Assembly: GCA_038885755.1 (NCBI GenBank) | Contig: JAVZZH010000004.1 | Coordinates: forward strand, 1 to 64,000 | Direction of reading: 5' to 3' | Source: Candidatus Caldarchaeum sp. | Lineage (GTDB): Archaea; Thermoproteota; Nitrososphaeria_A; Caldarchaeales; Caldarchaeaceae | DNA: 64,000 bases | Shown: piece after piece, positions 37,869 through 47,425 of the stretch | Layout: the number at the start of each line of letters is the position of its first letter | Position numbering within the stretch: position 1 is the stretch's first letter | The notes under the pieces: generated by a model | Databases searched by the model: none | Told to the model about the DNA's origin: nothing | Seen by the model: the letters and a program-made list of their open reading frames with translations, nothing else | Position numbers and translations under genes: made by a program

Positions 37869-38710
37869 CTACGTACTACTCTCTCCGTCTCAGCAATTAT
37901 CTTACCAGCTAGGTCGTAGCCTGTGGCGAGCACCGTGTTCCTGAACTCGACGACTCCGTTGACCTCGTTCACAAGCATGCCCTTCACAGGCGACTCCATG
38001 ATGTCGACTCCTAGAACCCCTCCACCCATCGCATCACCAGCCCTTACGACAAGCTCCCGCAGCTCGTCCGAAACAGGGCAGGGCTGAGCCTTGGCGCCGA
38101 GAGCCGTGTTGGTTTTCCAGTTCTTGCTCACCCTGTAGATGGCTACCGGAACATCCCCCCAGACGTAGAAGGCTCTGATGTCTCTCTCCGGTTTGTCGAT
38201 GTGCTCTTGGATGTAGTGTATCTTCATCTGCGGGTTGTTCATGTTCTCCCTCAGGTCGAGTATGTCTGAGAGGGATTGTTCGTCGAACGCTCGGGCTATC
38301 ATCCTACCCCAGCTGCCTGACACAGGTTTCACCACCACCGGAAACCCGATCTTCTTGGCGACAGACAGGGCTGTCTCCCTCTTCAAGGCTATGGCTGTGG
38401 TGGGCGTTGGTATGTTGTTTCTGGAGAGGATGCACGTGGTTATCAGCTTGTCTGCTGCGTTGCGTAGGACGTTGAGGTTGTTGACGACGAAGCATCCAGC
38501 CCTCTCGAAGACCGCGGTAGTCGCGAGCGCCCTGTTGAAGCTCACGCATCTCTGCACTATGAAGTCGACGTCGTAGCCGTTGGCCTCGTTCAGCCAGAAC
38601 TCGCGGTCGGTTACGTGAATAGGCTGCACCGTGTGGCCTAGGGTGTTGGCTGCATGAAGCAGGGCCTTCTCCTCAAACCTAATGACGTCGTACGAAAGCC
38701 CGACCCTCAT
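37865..38710 (-). CDS. lysX: LysW ligase, ATP-grasp (LysX/ArgX)
   Basis: RFEEKAL, KPVSGSWGR, QEHIDKPERDIR, NEVN. Confidence 0.9.
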   Translation of the reverse strand: MRVGLSYDVIRFEEKALLHAANTLGHTVQPIHVTDREFWLNEANGYDVDFIVQRCVSFNRALATTAVFERAGCFVVNNLNVLRNAADKLITTCILSRNNIPTPTTAIALKRETALSVAKKIGFPVVVKPVSGSWGRMIARAFDEQSLSDILDLRENMNNPQMKIHYIQEHIDKPERDIRAFYVWGDVPVAIYRVSKNWKTNTALGAKAQPCPVSDELRELVVRAGDAMGGGVLGVDIMESPVKGMLVNEVNGVVEFRNTVLATGYDLAGKIIAETERVVRR

Positions 38711-38713
38711 CTA

Positions 38714-38890
38714 CTACTGTCCCCAGTCTTCCGCAACCTCTTCGGCGACTCTCAACGAATTTCCTCCCTTCTCGTCGGTGTAGAACTCGAGCTGAGCTCC
38801 ACATTCACCGCACTCGAAAAGCTCTCCCGGCAAGGAGTCCGACGGAACGTCAACATTACCCCCGCAGACCGGGCAGGCTATGTTGACCAC
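38714..38890 (-). CDS. lysW: Amino-group carrier protein LysW (58 aa, absent from the ORF track)
   Basis: MVNIACPVCGGNVDVPSDSLPGELFECGECGAQLEFYTDEKGGNSLRVAEEVAEDWGQ, with a GGTGA SD upstream. Confidence 0.92.
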   Translation of the reverse strand: MVNIACPVCGGNVDVPSDSLPGELFECGECGAQLEFYTDEKGGNSLRVAEEVAEDWGQ

Positions 38891-38900
38891 GCTTGTTCAC

Positions 38901-38919
38901 CTTTACTTGTTTCGTAAAG
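38901..38919. promoter_or_regulatory. Candidate operator palindrome CTTTAC-N7-GTAAAG upstream of lysW
   Basis: Perfect inverted repeat between the TATA-like element and the lysW start, with a near-identical copy at 40914-40932. Confidence 0.5.
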
Positions 38920-38994
38920 CCTTAATATAAATCGTTGTGTTTAGCCGGGTTTTTTTACGTTTATCTTAAAGACATGACGGCAGTTGAAGCAGGG

Positions 38995-39801
38995 TTATTG
39001 TATCGTCGAACCAGCCACGACAGTACCTTCACCCTTGTCCGCCCTGCCGAGCGGGTCTTCGACCAAGCCCGAGCAGATGTGCGCCGTCCTTACGCCGGCA
39101 GAGACAGCGTTTACTGCCATCAACACCTTTCTGTTCATGCCCGGACCTATCTTTTCCAGCAGAGCCCTAGCCTCGTCGACGGTTAGCCGTGGAACGACTC
39201 TTCCGTCGATAATAACGCCCTCGACGTCCGTGAGGAGGTAAAGCTTCTCAGCTCTCAAGGCTGATGCAACGGCTGAAGCAGCCGAGTCGCCGTCGATGTT
39301 GAGCATCTCTCCCTCGTCGCCTAAGGCCAGCGGTGTGATTATCAGCAGGAAGTGCATGTCCAAGAGCCTCTTCAGAGACTCGGCGTCGACATGCGTGATG
39401 GCTCCGGTGTAGCCGCCGTCTACAATCCTCTTCCTCCCCCTCTCGTCGACGATGACGATCTTCTTCTTCCTCTGAGCCCTAATCAACCCAGCGTCGACTC
39501 CCGCAAGATTCAGCGTCTTCACACCTCTTCCGTTGAGGTATGCTGACATCGACTTACCCAGCTTCCCAGCCATGACCATGGCATAAACTTCGAGCTCACG
39601 CTCGTCGGTGAGCCTGCTCCTGATGCCCGAAGGCGAGGTAACTATCTTGGGCACGAGGCCCAGCTTCTCCTCGTACTCGGAGACTACGTCGCCTCCACCG
39701 TGGACGAAGACCACCCCGTCGCCCGACCTAGCCGCGACAGAGTCGAGAATTCTGTTCATGTTAGCCGTCAAAGCTCTTCCGCCGGCCTTCACGACGATCA
39801 T
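38995..39801 (-). CDS. lysZ: [LysW]-aminoadipate/glutamate kinase
   Basis: VVKAGG, VHGGG, SPSGIRSR.TD, NIDGD, GPGMNRK. Confidence 0.92.
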   Translation of the reverse strand: MIVVKAGGRALTANMNRILDSVAARSGDGVVFVHGGGDVVSEYEEKLGLVPKIVTSPSGIRSRLTDERELEVYAMVMAGKLGKSMSAYLNGRGVKTLNLAGVDAGLIRAQRKKKIVIVDERGRKRIVDGGYTGAITHVDAESLKRLLDMHFLLIITPLALGDEGEMLNIDGDSAASAVASALRAEKLYLLTDVEGVIIDGRVVPRLTVDEARALLEKIGPGMNRKVLMAVNAVSAGVRTAHICSGLVEDPLGRADKGEGTVVAGSTIQ

Positions 39802-39832
39802 GGTCTTGCCTACGGGAATTCTCCTAAAAAGC

Positions 39833-40888
39833 TTAAGCTGGCCTGAGTGGGGGATGCCTCAAGCCCTCAGCCTCGTCGAAGCCGAGCATGATGTTCATGC
39901 ACTGCACCGCTTGGCCAGCGGCTCCCTTCATCAAGTTGTCTATGGCTGTGAACAGGGCTGCACGGGATATTCTCTTCTCAACCGCGAACCCCACGTCGGC
40001 AAAGTTGCTTCCTATGACGTACTTTGGGTCTGGGTACTTGAACGGAGCGCCTCTCACTATTCTGACGAAGATTTCCTTGCCGTATCTCTGTGCGTATGTC
40101 CTCCAGACCTTTGCTTCGTCGACGCCGTCGACAACCCAGACGTGGGATGTTGCGAGAGCTCCTCTCACGCTTCCGACCGCGTGCGGCACCAAGGCGAGGT
40201 TGACGCTGCGGCCGGCTATCCTTGACAGCTCTTGCTCAACTTCGGCAACGTGCCTGTGGCCCTCGGCTTCGTAAGGCCTCATGACGTTTGCCCTCTCTGG
40301 GTGGTGCGTTCCAAGGGAGGGCTTGATTCCCGCCTCGCTGCTGCCCACCTTGACGTCTATCGCTATGTGGTCGAGGTTTATCAGACGTGCTTCGACAGCT
40401 GGAAGCAGCGACAGCAGGGCGGCGGTCGAGTTGCATCCGGGGCAGGCGACGAGGCTGGAGCTTTTTATCTTCTCCCTGTATATCTCCGGAAGGCCGTAAA
40501 CGGCTTTCTCGAGGAGCTCGGGATGTGGGTGCTCCGTCTGATACCAATACCGGTAGTCCTCGGGGTTTTTGAGCCTGAAGTCGGCGCTCAGGTCGACAAC
40601 CTTCAGGCCGCGCTCGAGCAGCAACGGTGTAAGTGTAGATGAGACGCCGTGAGGCGTGTTGACGAACACAACCTCGCACTTCCTCGCTGCTTCCTCAACA
40701 GAAACTTCTGAAAACTTCAGACCCGTGTAGAAACCTCTCAGGTTCGGGTGAATTGCTGTCAGAGGCTTGCCTGCATACTCTCTCGAGGTCACGTAGACGA
40801 CCTCTACCTTGGAGTGTGTCGCCAAGATCCTCAGCAACTCGCCTCCCGTGTAGCCGGAGCCTCCTATCACTCCAACCCCGACCGACAT
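39833..40888 (-). CDS. lysY: [LysW]-aminoadipyl/glutamyl-phosphate reductase (LysY/ArgC)
   Basis: GGSGYTGGE, DLSADFRL, ACPGCN, HHPER, DNLMKGAAGQA. Confidence 0.93.
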   Translation of the reverse strand: MSVGVGVIGGSGYTGGELLRILATHSKVEVVYVTSREYAGKPLTAIHPNLRGFYTGLKFSEVSVEEAARKCEVVFVNTPHGVSSTLTPLLLERGLKVVDLSADFRLKNPEDYRYWYQTEHPHPELLEKAVYGLPEIYREKIKSSSLVACPGCNSTAALLSLLPAVEARLINLDHIAIDVKVGSSEAGIKPSLGTHHPERANVMRPYEAEGHRHVAEVEQELSRIAGRSVNLALVPHAVGSVRGALATSHVWVVDGVDEAKVWRTYAQRYGKEIFVRIVRGAPFKYPDPKYVIGSNFADVGFAVEKRISRAALFTAIDNLMKGAAGQAVQCMNIMLGFDEAEGLRHPPLRPA

Positions 40889-40913
40889 GCGTTGCGTAGT
40901 CGCGAGGTCTAAG

Positions 40914-40932
40914 CTTTAACCATTATGTAAAG
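40914..40932. promoter_or_regulatory. Candidate operator CTTTAA-N7-GTAAAG in the divergent lysY/Lrp intergenic region
   Basis: Matches the lysW upstream palindrome at 11 of 12 half-site positions with the same spacing, followed by the same CCT. Confidence 0.5.
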
Positions 40933-40964
40933 CCTATAACAAGCCCTTACATCAGTTATGGCCG

Positions 40965-41396
40965 ATGTCCACGTCCGTCGATGACATCGACAGAGCGATC
41001 ATCGACATTCTGAAGAGGGATTCCCGGACAAACTTCACCGACATAGCTAAGAAGCTCAACCTATCGGAGGGAGCTGTCCGTAGACGAGTCAAGAACCTCG
41101 TCGACAGAGGTGTGATAAAGGCTTTCACGCTAGAGCTCGCTAGGGAATACTCCGTGATGGCCGTCACGTTTGTTTCTGTGTCGCCGGCGGTCCCCACGCC
41201 CGAGGTGGCTGACAAGCTTGTGAAAATAAACGGCGTCGAGGAGGTTTACGAGATAACTGGAACCGTGGACGTCATGGCGTTGATATCGGTTCCTTCGATG
41301 AACGACTTGAACAAGGTCATCGAGGACATTAGAAACGTCAACGGCGTGTCGGAGACGAACACTTCGATAGTTCTACGTGTTTTGAGGAAGCCTTAA
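40965..41396 (+). CDS. Lrp/AsnC family regulator (LysM-like)
   Basis: DDIDRAII..L..DSR, LSEGAVRRRV, YEITG. Divergent from the lys operon. Confidence 0.9.
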   Translation: MSTSVDDIDRAIIDILKRDSRTNFTDIAKKLNLSEGAVRRRVKNLVDRGVIKAFTLELAREYSVMAVTFVSVSPAVPTPEVADKLVKINGVEEVYEITGTVDVMALISVPSMNDLNKVIEDIRNVNGVSETNTSIVLRVLRKP

Positions 41397-41866
41397 TCGA
41401 TTACCTTGGCCCTGCTCAGCACGAGGAGAAGCTCGTCATACTTGCTGTCGACGTCGTTCACAGCCGACTCCGGAACATCCAAGTTGACTGGAATTCTATG
41501 CTTCCAGTAGTAGCCGTTTTCGGTGTTAAGCCTAGTGAACAAGCCTGTGGCCGCCGGCGGCATTCGGTAGTTGTGCTTGTTCAAGATGAATTCGACGAAA
41601 CATATTCGGTAGGCCTTTTCATGAATGTCGCCGTAGAAGGTGTTGAAGTAGACGTGGAGAGGGGCGTCCCTTGAATACGTCTCCCAAGTCGTGAAGCTTG
41701 TGTAGACGGGTATCCAGCCTTCATCCCGCAAGACTTTGTCCTCAAGAGAGACCGGTCTTTTCCAGCCTGAAACCATGAATCCACGCGACTCGAGCGTAGG
41801 AATGACGTACCTGTGTAGCACACCCTGCCTCATCAGCTCTATCTTCTCCCTCATCGTTAACGTCAT
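41393..41866 (-). CDS. Hypothetical protein
   Basis: 157-aa ORF, no recognised motif. Confidence 0.65.
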   Translation of the reverse strand: MTLTMREKIELMRQGVLHRYVIPTLESRGFMVSGWKRPVSLEDKVLRDEGWIPVYTSFTTWETYSRDAPLHVYFNTFYGDIHEKAYRICFVEFILNKHNYRMPPAATGLFTRLNTENGYYWKHRIPVNLDVPESAVNDVDSKYDELLLVLSRAKVID

Positions 41867-41931
41867 CGGCCAACCTCCTGCCTAGGACCGGTTCATGCAT
41901 TTTGGCTTGTTTCAAGCGCTTATAAGCTTGT

Positions 41932-42741
41932 TCAAGGCCTTGCCCTGCTGAAGAGCTCGGCCAGGCCTCGGAACCTCGAGACGTCCTGAGCCGAGGTGTC
42001 GAGACGCATCGGCGAGACAGATATTGCTTTCTCGACGAACAAGGTGTAAACGTCGGTGTCGGGCTCGAACTCCGACTCGGGTATAAGCTTGCCGTGCAGC
42101 CAGTAATACGGTCGGCGCTGCGGGTCCTGCCTCTCGTCGACCATCTCCCGATACCTTATCCTCCCCGCCCTCGTGATCTTCACGGGAGTCTGGTGATTTA
42201 CTTCGGGTGGGAAGTTCACGCTCAGGTAATCGACGTCATCGGGCATGCCGTTCGTGAGAAGCCATTCAACAATCGGTCCAGCCCTTCCTGCTGCTTGACG
42301 CATGGCTTTCCTGAACCATCCGAAGCTCACAGGCTCCTCCTCCTTGTATGCGAGTGAGAAAGCCGCTGCTGGAACGCCTAGCAGTGCGGCTCTCACCGCT
42401 GCGGCGACTGTTCCGCTGCCGTAGACAGCCTGCAGCGAGACGTTGTTTCCCTCGTTTATTCCAGAGACAACCAAGTCAGGCAGCTTTCCTGCGAAAAGTC
42501 TGTTGACCGCTAGGATTACGCAGTCTGACGGGGTTCCTGAGCAGGCGTAGGCTGTTGTTCCGTGTATCGAGACCCTCTTCATCCTCAAAGGCTTGTGAAG
42601 CGTGATGCTCATTCCTGTAGCGCTCCGGGCGGACTCGGGAGCCACTACGACGACCTCGCCAAACTCTTTCAAAACATCGTACAGAGCCCACAAGCCCGGC
42701 CTCGTTATCCCGTCGTCGTTGGTCAGCAGTATTCTCTTCAA
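41932..42741 (-). CDS. surE: 5'/3'-nucleotidase SurE
   Basis: ILLTNDDG, GTPSDC, VSGINEG, SGTVAAA. Confidence 0.95.
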   Translation of the reverse strand: MKRILLTNDDGITRPGLWALYDVLKEFGEVVVVAPESARSATGMSITLHKPLRMKRVSIHGTTAYACSGTPSDCVILAVNRLFAGKLPDLVVSGINEGNNVSLQAVYGSGTVAAAVRAALLGVPAAAFSLAYKEEEPVSFGWFRKAMRQAAGRAGPIVEWLLTNGMPDDVDYLSVNFPPEVNHQTPVKITRAGRIRYREMVDERQDPQRRPYYWLHGKLIPESEFEPDTDVYTLFVEKAISVSPMRLDTSAQDVSRFRGLAELFSRARP

Positions 42742-42744
42742 AGG

Positions 42745-43347
42745 CTAATCCTTTCTCAGAATCATTTTAGCTATCTCGTTGCGCAGCGAAGGCTTCAACC
42801 TTTCAAGCCTAGCTTCCAAAGTGTTGTCGTAGACCACTTTGCCGTCGGCTGACTTGGCTAAAACACCGCCCGCGGTGTTTATCGGTTTATCTGAGACGTG
42901 GACCGGAAACCTGTACTGGTGTCTGCTCAGTATCCTCTTCAACATGTTGATGCCCATCTCGTTTGAGTAAACCGTCATCTCCCTCCCCACCAGCTCCACC
43001 GCCTCGTCTAGAAGTTTCTTCAGCTCCGGCTCGAAAGAATCTTCAGACGCCATTCGACGAAGCTTGTTAAACACGGATTCAAAGATCTTCGAAACTTCCT
43101 CCTCGACCGCAGCTATAGCCATGTTCTTGGCCTGTATCTCAGCCGTGCTGATTATCCGCTGCCTTGAAGCATCCCGAAGGGCTTGCCCAGCTTCCTTCAG
43201 AGAAGCCAGCTCTCTAGAGACTTCGACGGCAGCCCTCTCCAGAACCTTCTCCGCCTCCCGCTCAGCCTCTTCAAGCATTTTCTCCGCGTTCTGCAGGGTC
43301 TCCTGAACGACTTCGGCGACTATTTTCTCAAGGGATGCGGCAGACAA
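42745..43347 (-). CDS. A/V-type ATP synthase subunit E
   Basis: Coiled-coil N-terminus, GGVLAKSADG...DNTLEARL. Confidence 0.85.
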   Translation of the reverse strand: MSAASLEKIVAEVVQETLQNAEKMLEEAEREAEKVLERAAVEVSRELASLKEAGQALRDASRQRIISTAEIQAKNMAIAAVEEEVSKIFESVFNKLRRMASEDSFEPELKKLLDEAVELVGREMTVYSNEMGINMLKRILSRHQYRFPVHVSDKPINTAGGVLAKSADGKVVYDNTLEARLERLKPSLRNEIAKMILRKD

Positions 43348-43383
43348 TTCGTTGGGATGTTCTAAAGCCTCCTAAAAAACATG

Positions 43384-43680
43384 CTAAACCCCTAGGACGC
43401 TTCTCAACAATGCTCTGTAGTCTATTTTCTTGGGCTGCCCGACCGGTGGAGCGAGCTCGTAGACTAGGGGCGTGGGCTTGCGTGCCCTGAGCTCGTTGAG
43501 CTCGTCTCGGAACTTTTCTGAAATGTCTTCGGACACGATTACGAGTCCCACGTCTTGCTGCTGCATGAGGTTCTTGATGAGCTGGAATGCTTCCTCGGGG
43601 GATTTGACGACCATGCCTTCTGCACCCGCAAGCCTGAACCCGTTGACGAACATGGGGCCGCCGACCGCCACAACCCTCAA
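43384..43680 (-). CDS. A/V-type ATP synthase subunit F
   Basis: VAVGG..V.GFRLAG, C-terminal LG. Confidence 0.88.
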   Translation of the reverse strand: MRVVAVGGPMFVNGFRLAGAEGMVVKSPEEAFQLIKNLMQQQDVGLVIVSEDISEKFRDELNELRARKPTPLVYELAPPVGQPKKIDYRALLRSVLGV

Positions 43681-43719
43681 ACCAGCTCACCGCTCCCGAC
43701 ACAGTTCCGGCATTTAACG

Positions 43720-44877
43720 TTAAATGAACAGCTCCACCAAGTCGCCGTCGCTGAGAACGTGGCCGGGGCCGACCTGCTGTCCTTGAATCCTGACCGAAGA
43801 ACCCCAAACCTTTGCGTACTTGAGGTTCTTGGCGAAGTCCTTGTGGATTAGGAGGGCCAGCTCTCCCACGGTCGTCCCACGACCCACGACTATCGGCCTC
43901 CTGTTCACAACTCCGTCCTTCTGAGTATAAACCCTCACGAGTTCGAGTGCTGAGTAAACAACTTTTCTGAACTCCTCGTATGCCTCTGGTTTGGTGTTCA
44001 TGACCTCTACGTAGGGCAGGTTCATCTCCCCAGCCCTGCGTCGAAGCTCCTGCAGGTCTTTATGGTCTGCGAGGTCTGCTCTGCCGGCCACCACAACCGC
44101 CTTCTTGAAGGACGCCGGCCTAATGATTTGGTCGATAACGTCCTCGACGCCGGCTTCTCCGTGTATCTTGACAACCGCGTTCCTGACGCCTATGCGGCTC
44201 AGAGCTTCCCGTAGGCTTTCATGCGTCCCGTGGAACTTTCCGAAAACTACGAGCCTCAAGCCCCCGCTGTCCTTCTTCTCAACCTCAACCTCGAACATCT
44301 TACTTCCAAGGAAGATACCTGAAGCGTTGAGCTTCCTGACGAGAGCGTCTAGCTGCTCAGCCGGTCTCGACCCACAGTCTACGGTGAGGGCTATCAGGTC
44401 TGCGTTCCTCGCCACGGCCAGGCTTCTAGATGTGAAGGGGGTCTCGTCGAGGCTGGAGGTTATTACAGCGGGCAGCTCGACGAGCTGGATCCCCACGTCT
44501 TCGACGTACATCATGCTTGGCACGGGCTTTGTAGTGGTAAGTTCGTAAGCCCCCAGCTCTGGCCTCGCGTTGGTTAGGAAGTGGAGCAGGGTCGACTTGC
44601 CGGAGTTAGACGACCCGAGCAGGACAACAGTCGCCGCTCCCTCCTTCCTCACCGTGAAAACATCCTGGCGCGAGACCTTGGTAGACTTCTTCCTCTCGAG
44701 CTCTCTCCTGAGCTTTGCTAGAGTTGTCTTGAGCTGGGCCCTCATCTTCTCCGTGCCCTTGTGGTCGGGGATGAGCGGCAGGGCCTCCTCCAAGGCCTTT
44801 ATCTTCTCCTCCACAGTCTTGGCTTCATGGTATTTGGCGAGCTTGGCCTGCGCCTCGGCTGGGAGGTTGGTGGGCAT
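43720..44877 (-). CDS. DRG/OBG-like GTP-binding protein with TGS domain
   Basis: MPTNLP, HKGTEK, NSGKST, TTKPVP, IHKDF...AKVWG. Confidence 0.9.
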   Translation of the reverse strand: MPTNLPAEAQAKLAKYHEAKTVEEKIKALEEALPLIPDHKGTEKMRAQLKTTLAKLRRELERKKSTKVSRQDVFTVRKEGAATVVLLGSSNSGKSTLLHFLTNARPELGAYELTTTKPVPSMMYVEDVGIQLVELPAVITSSLDETPFTSRSLAVARNADLIALTVDCGSRPAEQLDALVRKLNASGIFLGSKMFEVEVEKKDSGGLRLVVFGKFHGTHESLREALSRIGVRNAVVKIHGEAGVEDVIDQIIRPASFKKAVVVAGRADLADHKDLQELRRRAGEMNLPYVEVMNTKPEAYEEFRKVVYSALELVRVYTQKDGVVNRRPIVVGRGTTVGELALLIHKDFAKNLKYAKVWGSSVRIQGQQVGPGHVLSDGDLVELFI

Positions 44878-44909
44878 TCCTCTCTAACAACACCAAGGGG
44901 GAATAAATC

Positions 44910-45449
44910 TTAAACGTAGTTGAGCAGGATGTAGACAAAAACACCTAAAGCCAGGCTTGTGCTCCAGAGCCGGACAGCCCATCGGCCGACCTTTCTGTGC
45001 CATGTTTTCCCGACCTGTCCCACTGGAAGAAACCCGCCCGTTAGAATGTTGTACAACACCAGGGGGACTGAAATTATCGAGAGGCCTAGGTGAACAGCCA
45101 GAGACGGCAGGTAGATGAAGTCTCTTATAAGCTCTGGACCCGTGAAATGCTTGACGCCGCCGAAGAACAGCCTAGAGACATACATCAGCAAGAAGCCTGT
45201 TATCAAGATGAACGAAGTCAGCATCAAGGCCTTGTGCCGACCTATTTTCCTCTTCTTTATGGCGTCGAAGCCGCCGATCAACGTGAAAAGTGCTGCGGAG
45301 TTGACTGCGGCTATGGCGTGAGGAAGCATTTCAACGATGGTGGGAGGCTGCTCGGGTACGGTTCGCGGTGCCAGCAGGAGGTACGCTAGGACGGTGTAGG
45401 CGGCTAGGGTGATCAACAGCGTTAGGATGGAGTGGATGCGCGTCTTCAT
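44910..45449 (-). CDS. DUF420 family membrane protein
   Basis: LPHAIA.VN, HKALM, H..L, HRKVGRW...S..LG. Confidence 0.8.
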   Translation of the reverse strand: MKTRIHSILTLLITLAAYTVLAYLLLAPRTVPEQPPTIVEMLPHAIAAVNSAALFTLIGGFDAIKKRKIGRHKALMLTSFILITGFLLMYVSRLFFGGVKHFTGPELIRDFIYLPSLAVHLGLSIISVPLVLYNILTGGFLPVGQVGKTWHRKVGRWAVRLWSTSLALGVFVYILLNYV

Positions 45450-45504
45450 CGCAGGAATCCGATAGAATCACAATTTAATTCTCCCTCAACCACTTGGTAC
45501 CGGG

Positions 45505-47376
45505 TTGAAGAGTCTTTACAACGAGGCTAGGGAGTTGTTGAACAGAGCCGGCGTCGATGCGAGGCTGGAGTTTCCCAAGCTGAAGGGCTACGGAGACCTG
45601 TCCACGGCTGTGGCTTTTGACTTGAGCAAGCGGATGGGCGGAGACCCGTTTGAGAGGGCTAGGATGATTGCTGAGAAGCTGGATGTTTCAGGTGCTAAGT
45701 ACATCGAACGTGTCGAGGCTGTGAGACCCGGGTATGTTAATTTCTACGCACGCTGGGATGCTTTAGCCGAGGAGGTGGTCCGGGAGGCTGTCGAGGCGGG
45801 CCCGAGATACGGGCAGGTCGATGTAGGCCGGGGTGTCTACGTGCTGGTGGAGCATACAAGCGTCAACCCGAACAAAGCCCTCCACATAGGCCACGCCAGG
45901 AACACCTGCTTGGGCGACAGCCTCGCGAGACTCCTCGCCAAGACAGGACACAGAGTAGCGGTGGCCAACTACGTCGACGACAGCGGAGCACAGATGGCCG
46001 ACCTCCTCCTAGCCTTTACCAAACTAGGCTACAGCCTCCAGCCTCCCCATGGAGTCAAGTTCGACGACTACTGCGGCAGAGTTTACACCGAGGTCAGCCG
46101 CAGATTAGCTGAGGAAACCGGCTTGGAGGCTGAGAAACGATCGATTTCAGCAGCCTTGGAGGACGCTGAGTCCGAATACTACAAGCTCAACAGAAAAATC
46201 GTTGAAGAGGTGCTGAAGAACCAGCTAAAGACATGCCAGAGGCTCGGAGCACGCTACGACGTGCTCAACCGTGAAAGCGACGTAATATCTTTCGACCTGT
46301 GGAGCGAGACCTTCGAAAAACTGCGGAAGAGCGGTGTTGTCTACCGGTGCGAAGAGGGAGCTAAGAAGGGATGCTGGATGATTAGCCTGTCCGACCACCC
46401 GACGCTGAGCAGAGAGGGCGACGAAGTTCTGGTCAAGAGCGACGGCACAACCACCTACGTTGCGAGAGACATAGCGTACGCGGCGTGGAAGCTCGGCGCT
46501 GTGTCGAAGGACTTCAGGTACAGCAGGTGGGGGGAGAACAGCGACGGCTCGCCAGTATACATCACGGACGTGAACGGGCGTGAAGCCGTTGGGTTCGGCG
46601 GCGCTATGCTGACCATCAACGTCGTGGACGCACGTCAGAAACGGCCTCAGGAAGTCGTGAAGCATGCTCTCAGCAAGCTGGGTGTGGACCCGGCCAAATA
46701 CATACACTACGCCTACGAGGTTGTTTCGCTAAGCCGTTCAGATGCAGCACGGCTCCAAGTCGATGTGCAAAACCAGCAGTTCGTTCACATGAGCGGGAGG
46801 AGCGGTGTCTACATAAACGCCGACCCCTTGCTCGACTACATATTGGATAAAGCCGTGGAGGGTGCTTTGAGAAGGCATCCCGAATGGACCCCTGAGAAGG
46901 CGCGGAGCGTGGGTGAGAAGATAGCTGTGGCGGCGTTGAGATATTTCCTGGTGAGGTCAGACCCGGACAAGATGATTGTCTTCGACAGCGACCAAGCATC
47001 GGACATAGAGGGAGACACAGGACCCTACATCCAGTACTCTTACGCGAGAGCCACGAGGATACTCGAGAAGGCCGACACAAAGCCCGAGCCCAGAGCCTAC
47101 GGCCCCGTATTGGAGGAGCCGGAGAAAGACCTCGTCAGGTCCATCGGCCTCCTACCCTTCGTCCTAGAGGATGCTGTCAGAATCCTTTCGGTCAAGAGAG
47201 TGGCTGGTTATCTGAGGGAGCTGGCTGTCTCGTTCAACAACTTCTACGAAAAATGCCCGGTCCTGACGTCCAGCACCGCGGTGAAAGCCTTCAGGCTAGC
47301 TTTGGTTGATGCATTCAGGTCGGCTTTAGCCTCAGCCGCATGGGTTGTGGGAATACCGCTGGTGGATGAGATGTAG
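45505..47376 (+). CDS. argS: Arginine--tRNA ligase
   Basis: EHTSVNPNKALHIGHARN, MSGRSG, GDTGPYIQYSYARA. Confidence 0.95.
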   Translation: MKSLYNEARELLNRAGVDARLEFPKLKGYGDLSTAVAFDLSKRMGGDPFERARMIAEKLDVSGAKYIERVEAVRPGYVNFYARWDALAEEVVREAVEAGPRYGQVDVGRGVYVLVEHTSVNPNKALHIGHARNTCLGDSLARLLAKTGHRVAVANYVDDSGAQMADLLLAFTKLGYSLQPPHGVKFDDYCGRVYTEVSRRLAEETGLEAEKRSISAALEDAESEYYKLNRKIVEEVLKNQLKTCQRLGARYDVLNRESDVISFDLWSETFEKLRKSGVVYRCEEGAKKGCWMISLSDHPTLSREGDEVLVKSDGTTTYVARDIAYAAWKLGAVSKDFRYSRWGENSDGSPVYITDVNGREAVGFGGAMLTINVVDARQKRPQEVVKHALSKLGVDPAKYIHYAYEVVSLSRSDAARLQVDVQNQQFVHMSGRSGVYINADPLLDYILDKAVEGALRRHPEWTPEKARSVGEKIAVAALRYFLVRSDPDKMIVFDSDQASDIEGDTGPYIQYSYARATRILEKADTKPEPRAYGPVLEEPEKDLVRSIGLLPFVLEDAVRILSVKRVAGYLRELAVSFNNFYEKCPVLTSSTAVKAFRLALVDAFRSALASAAWVVGIPLVDEM

Positions 47377-47425
47377 GAATGCCGGCTCGAAAGTATATAT
47401 GTGGGTTCGGACGGGCTCATCGTCC

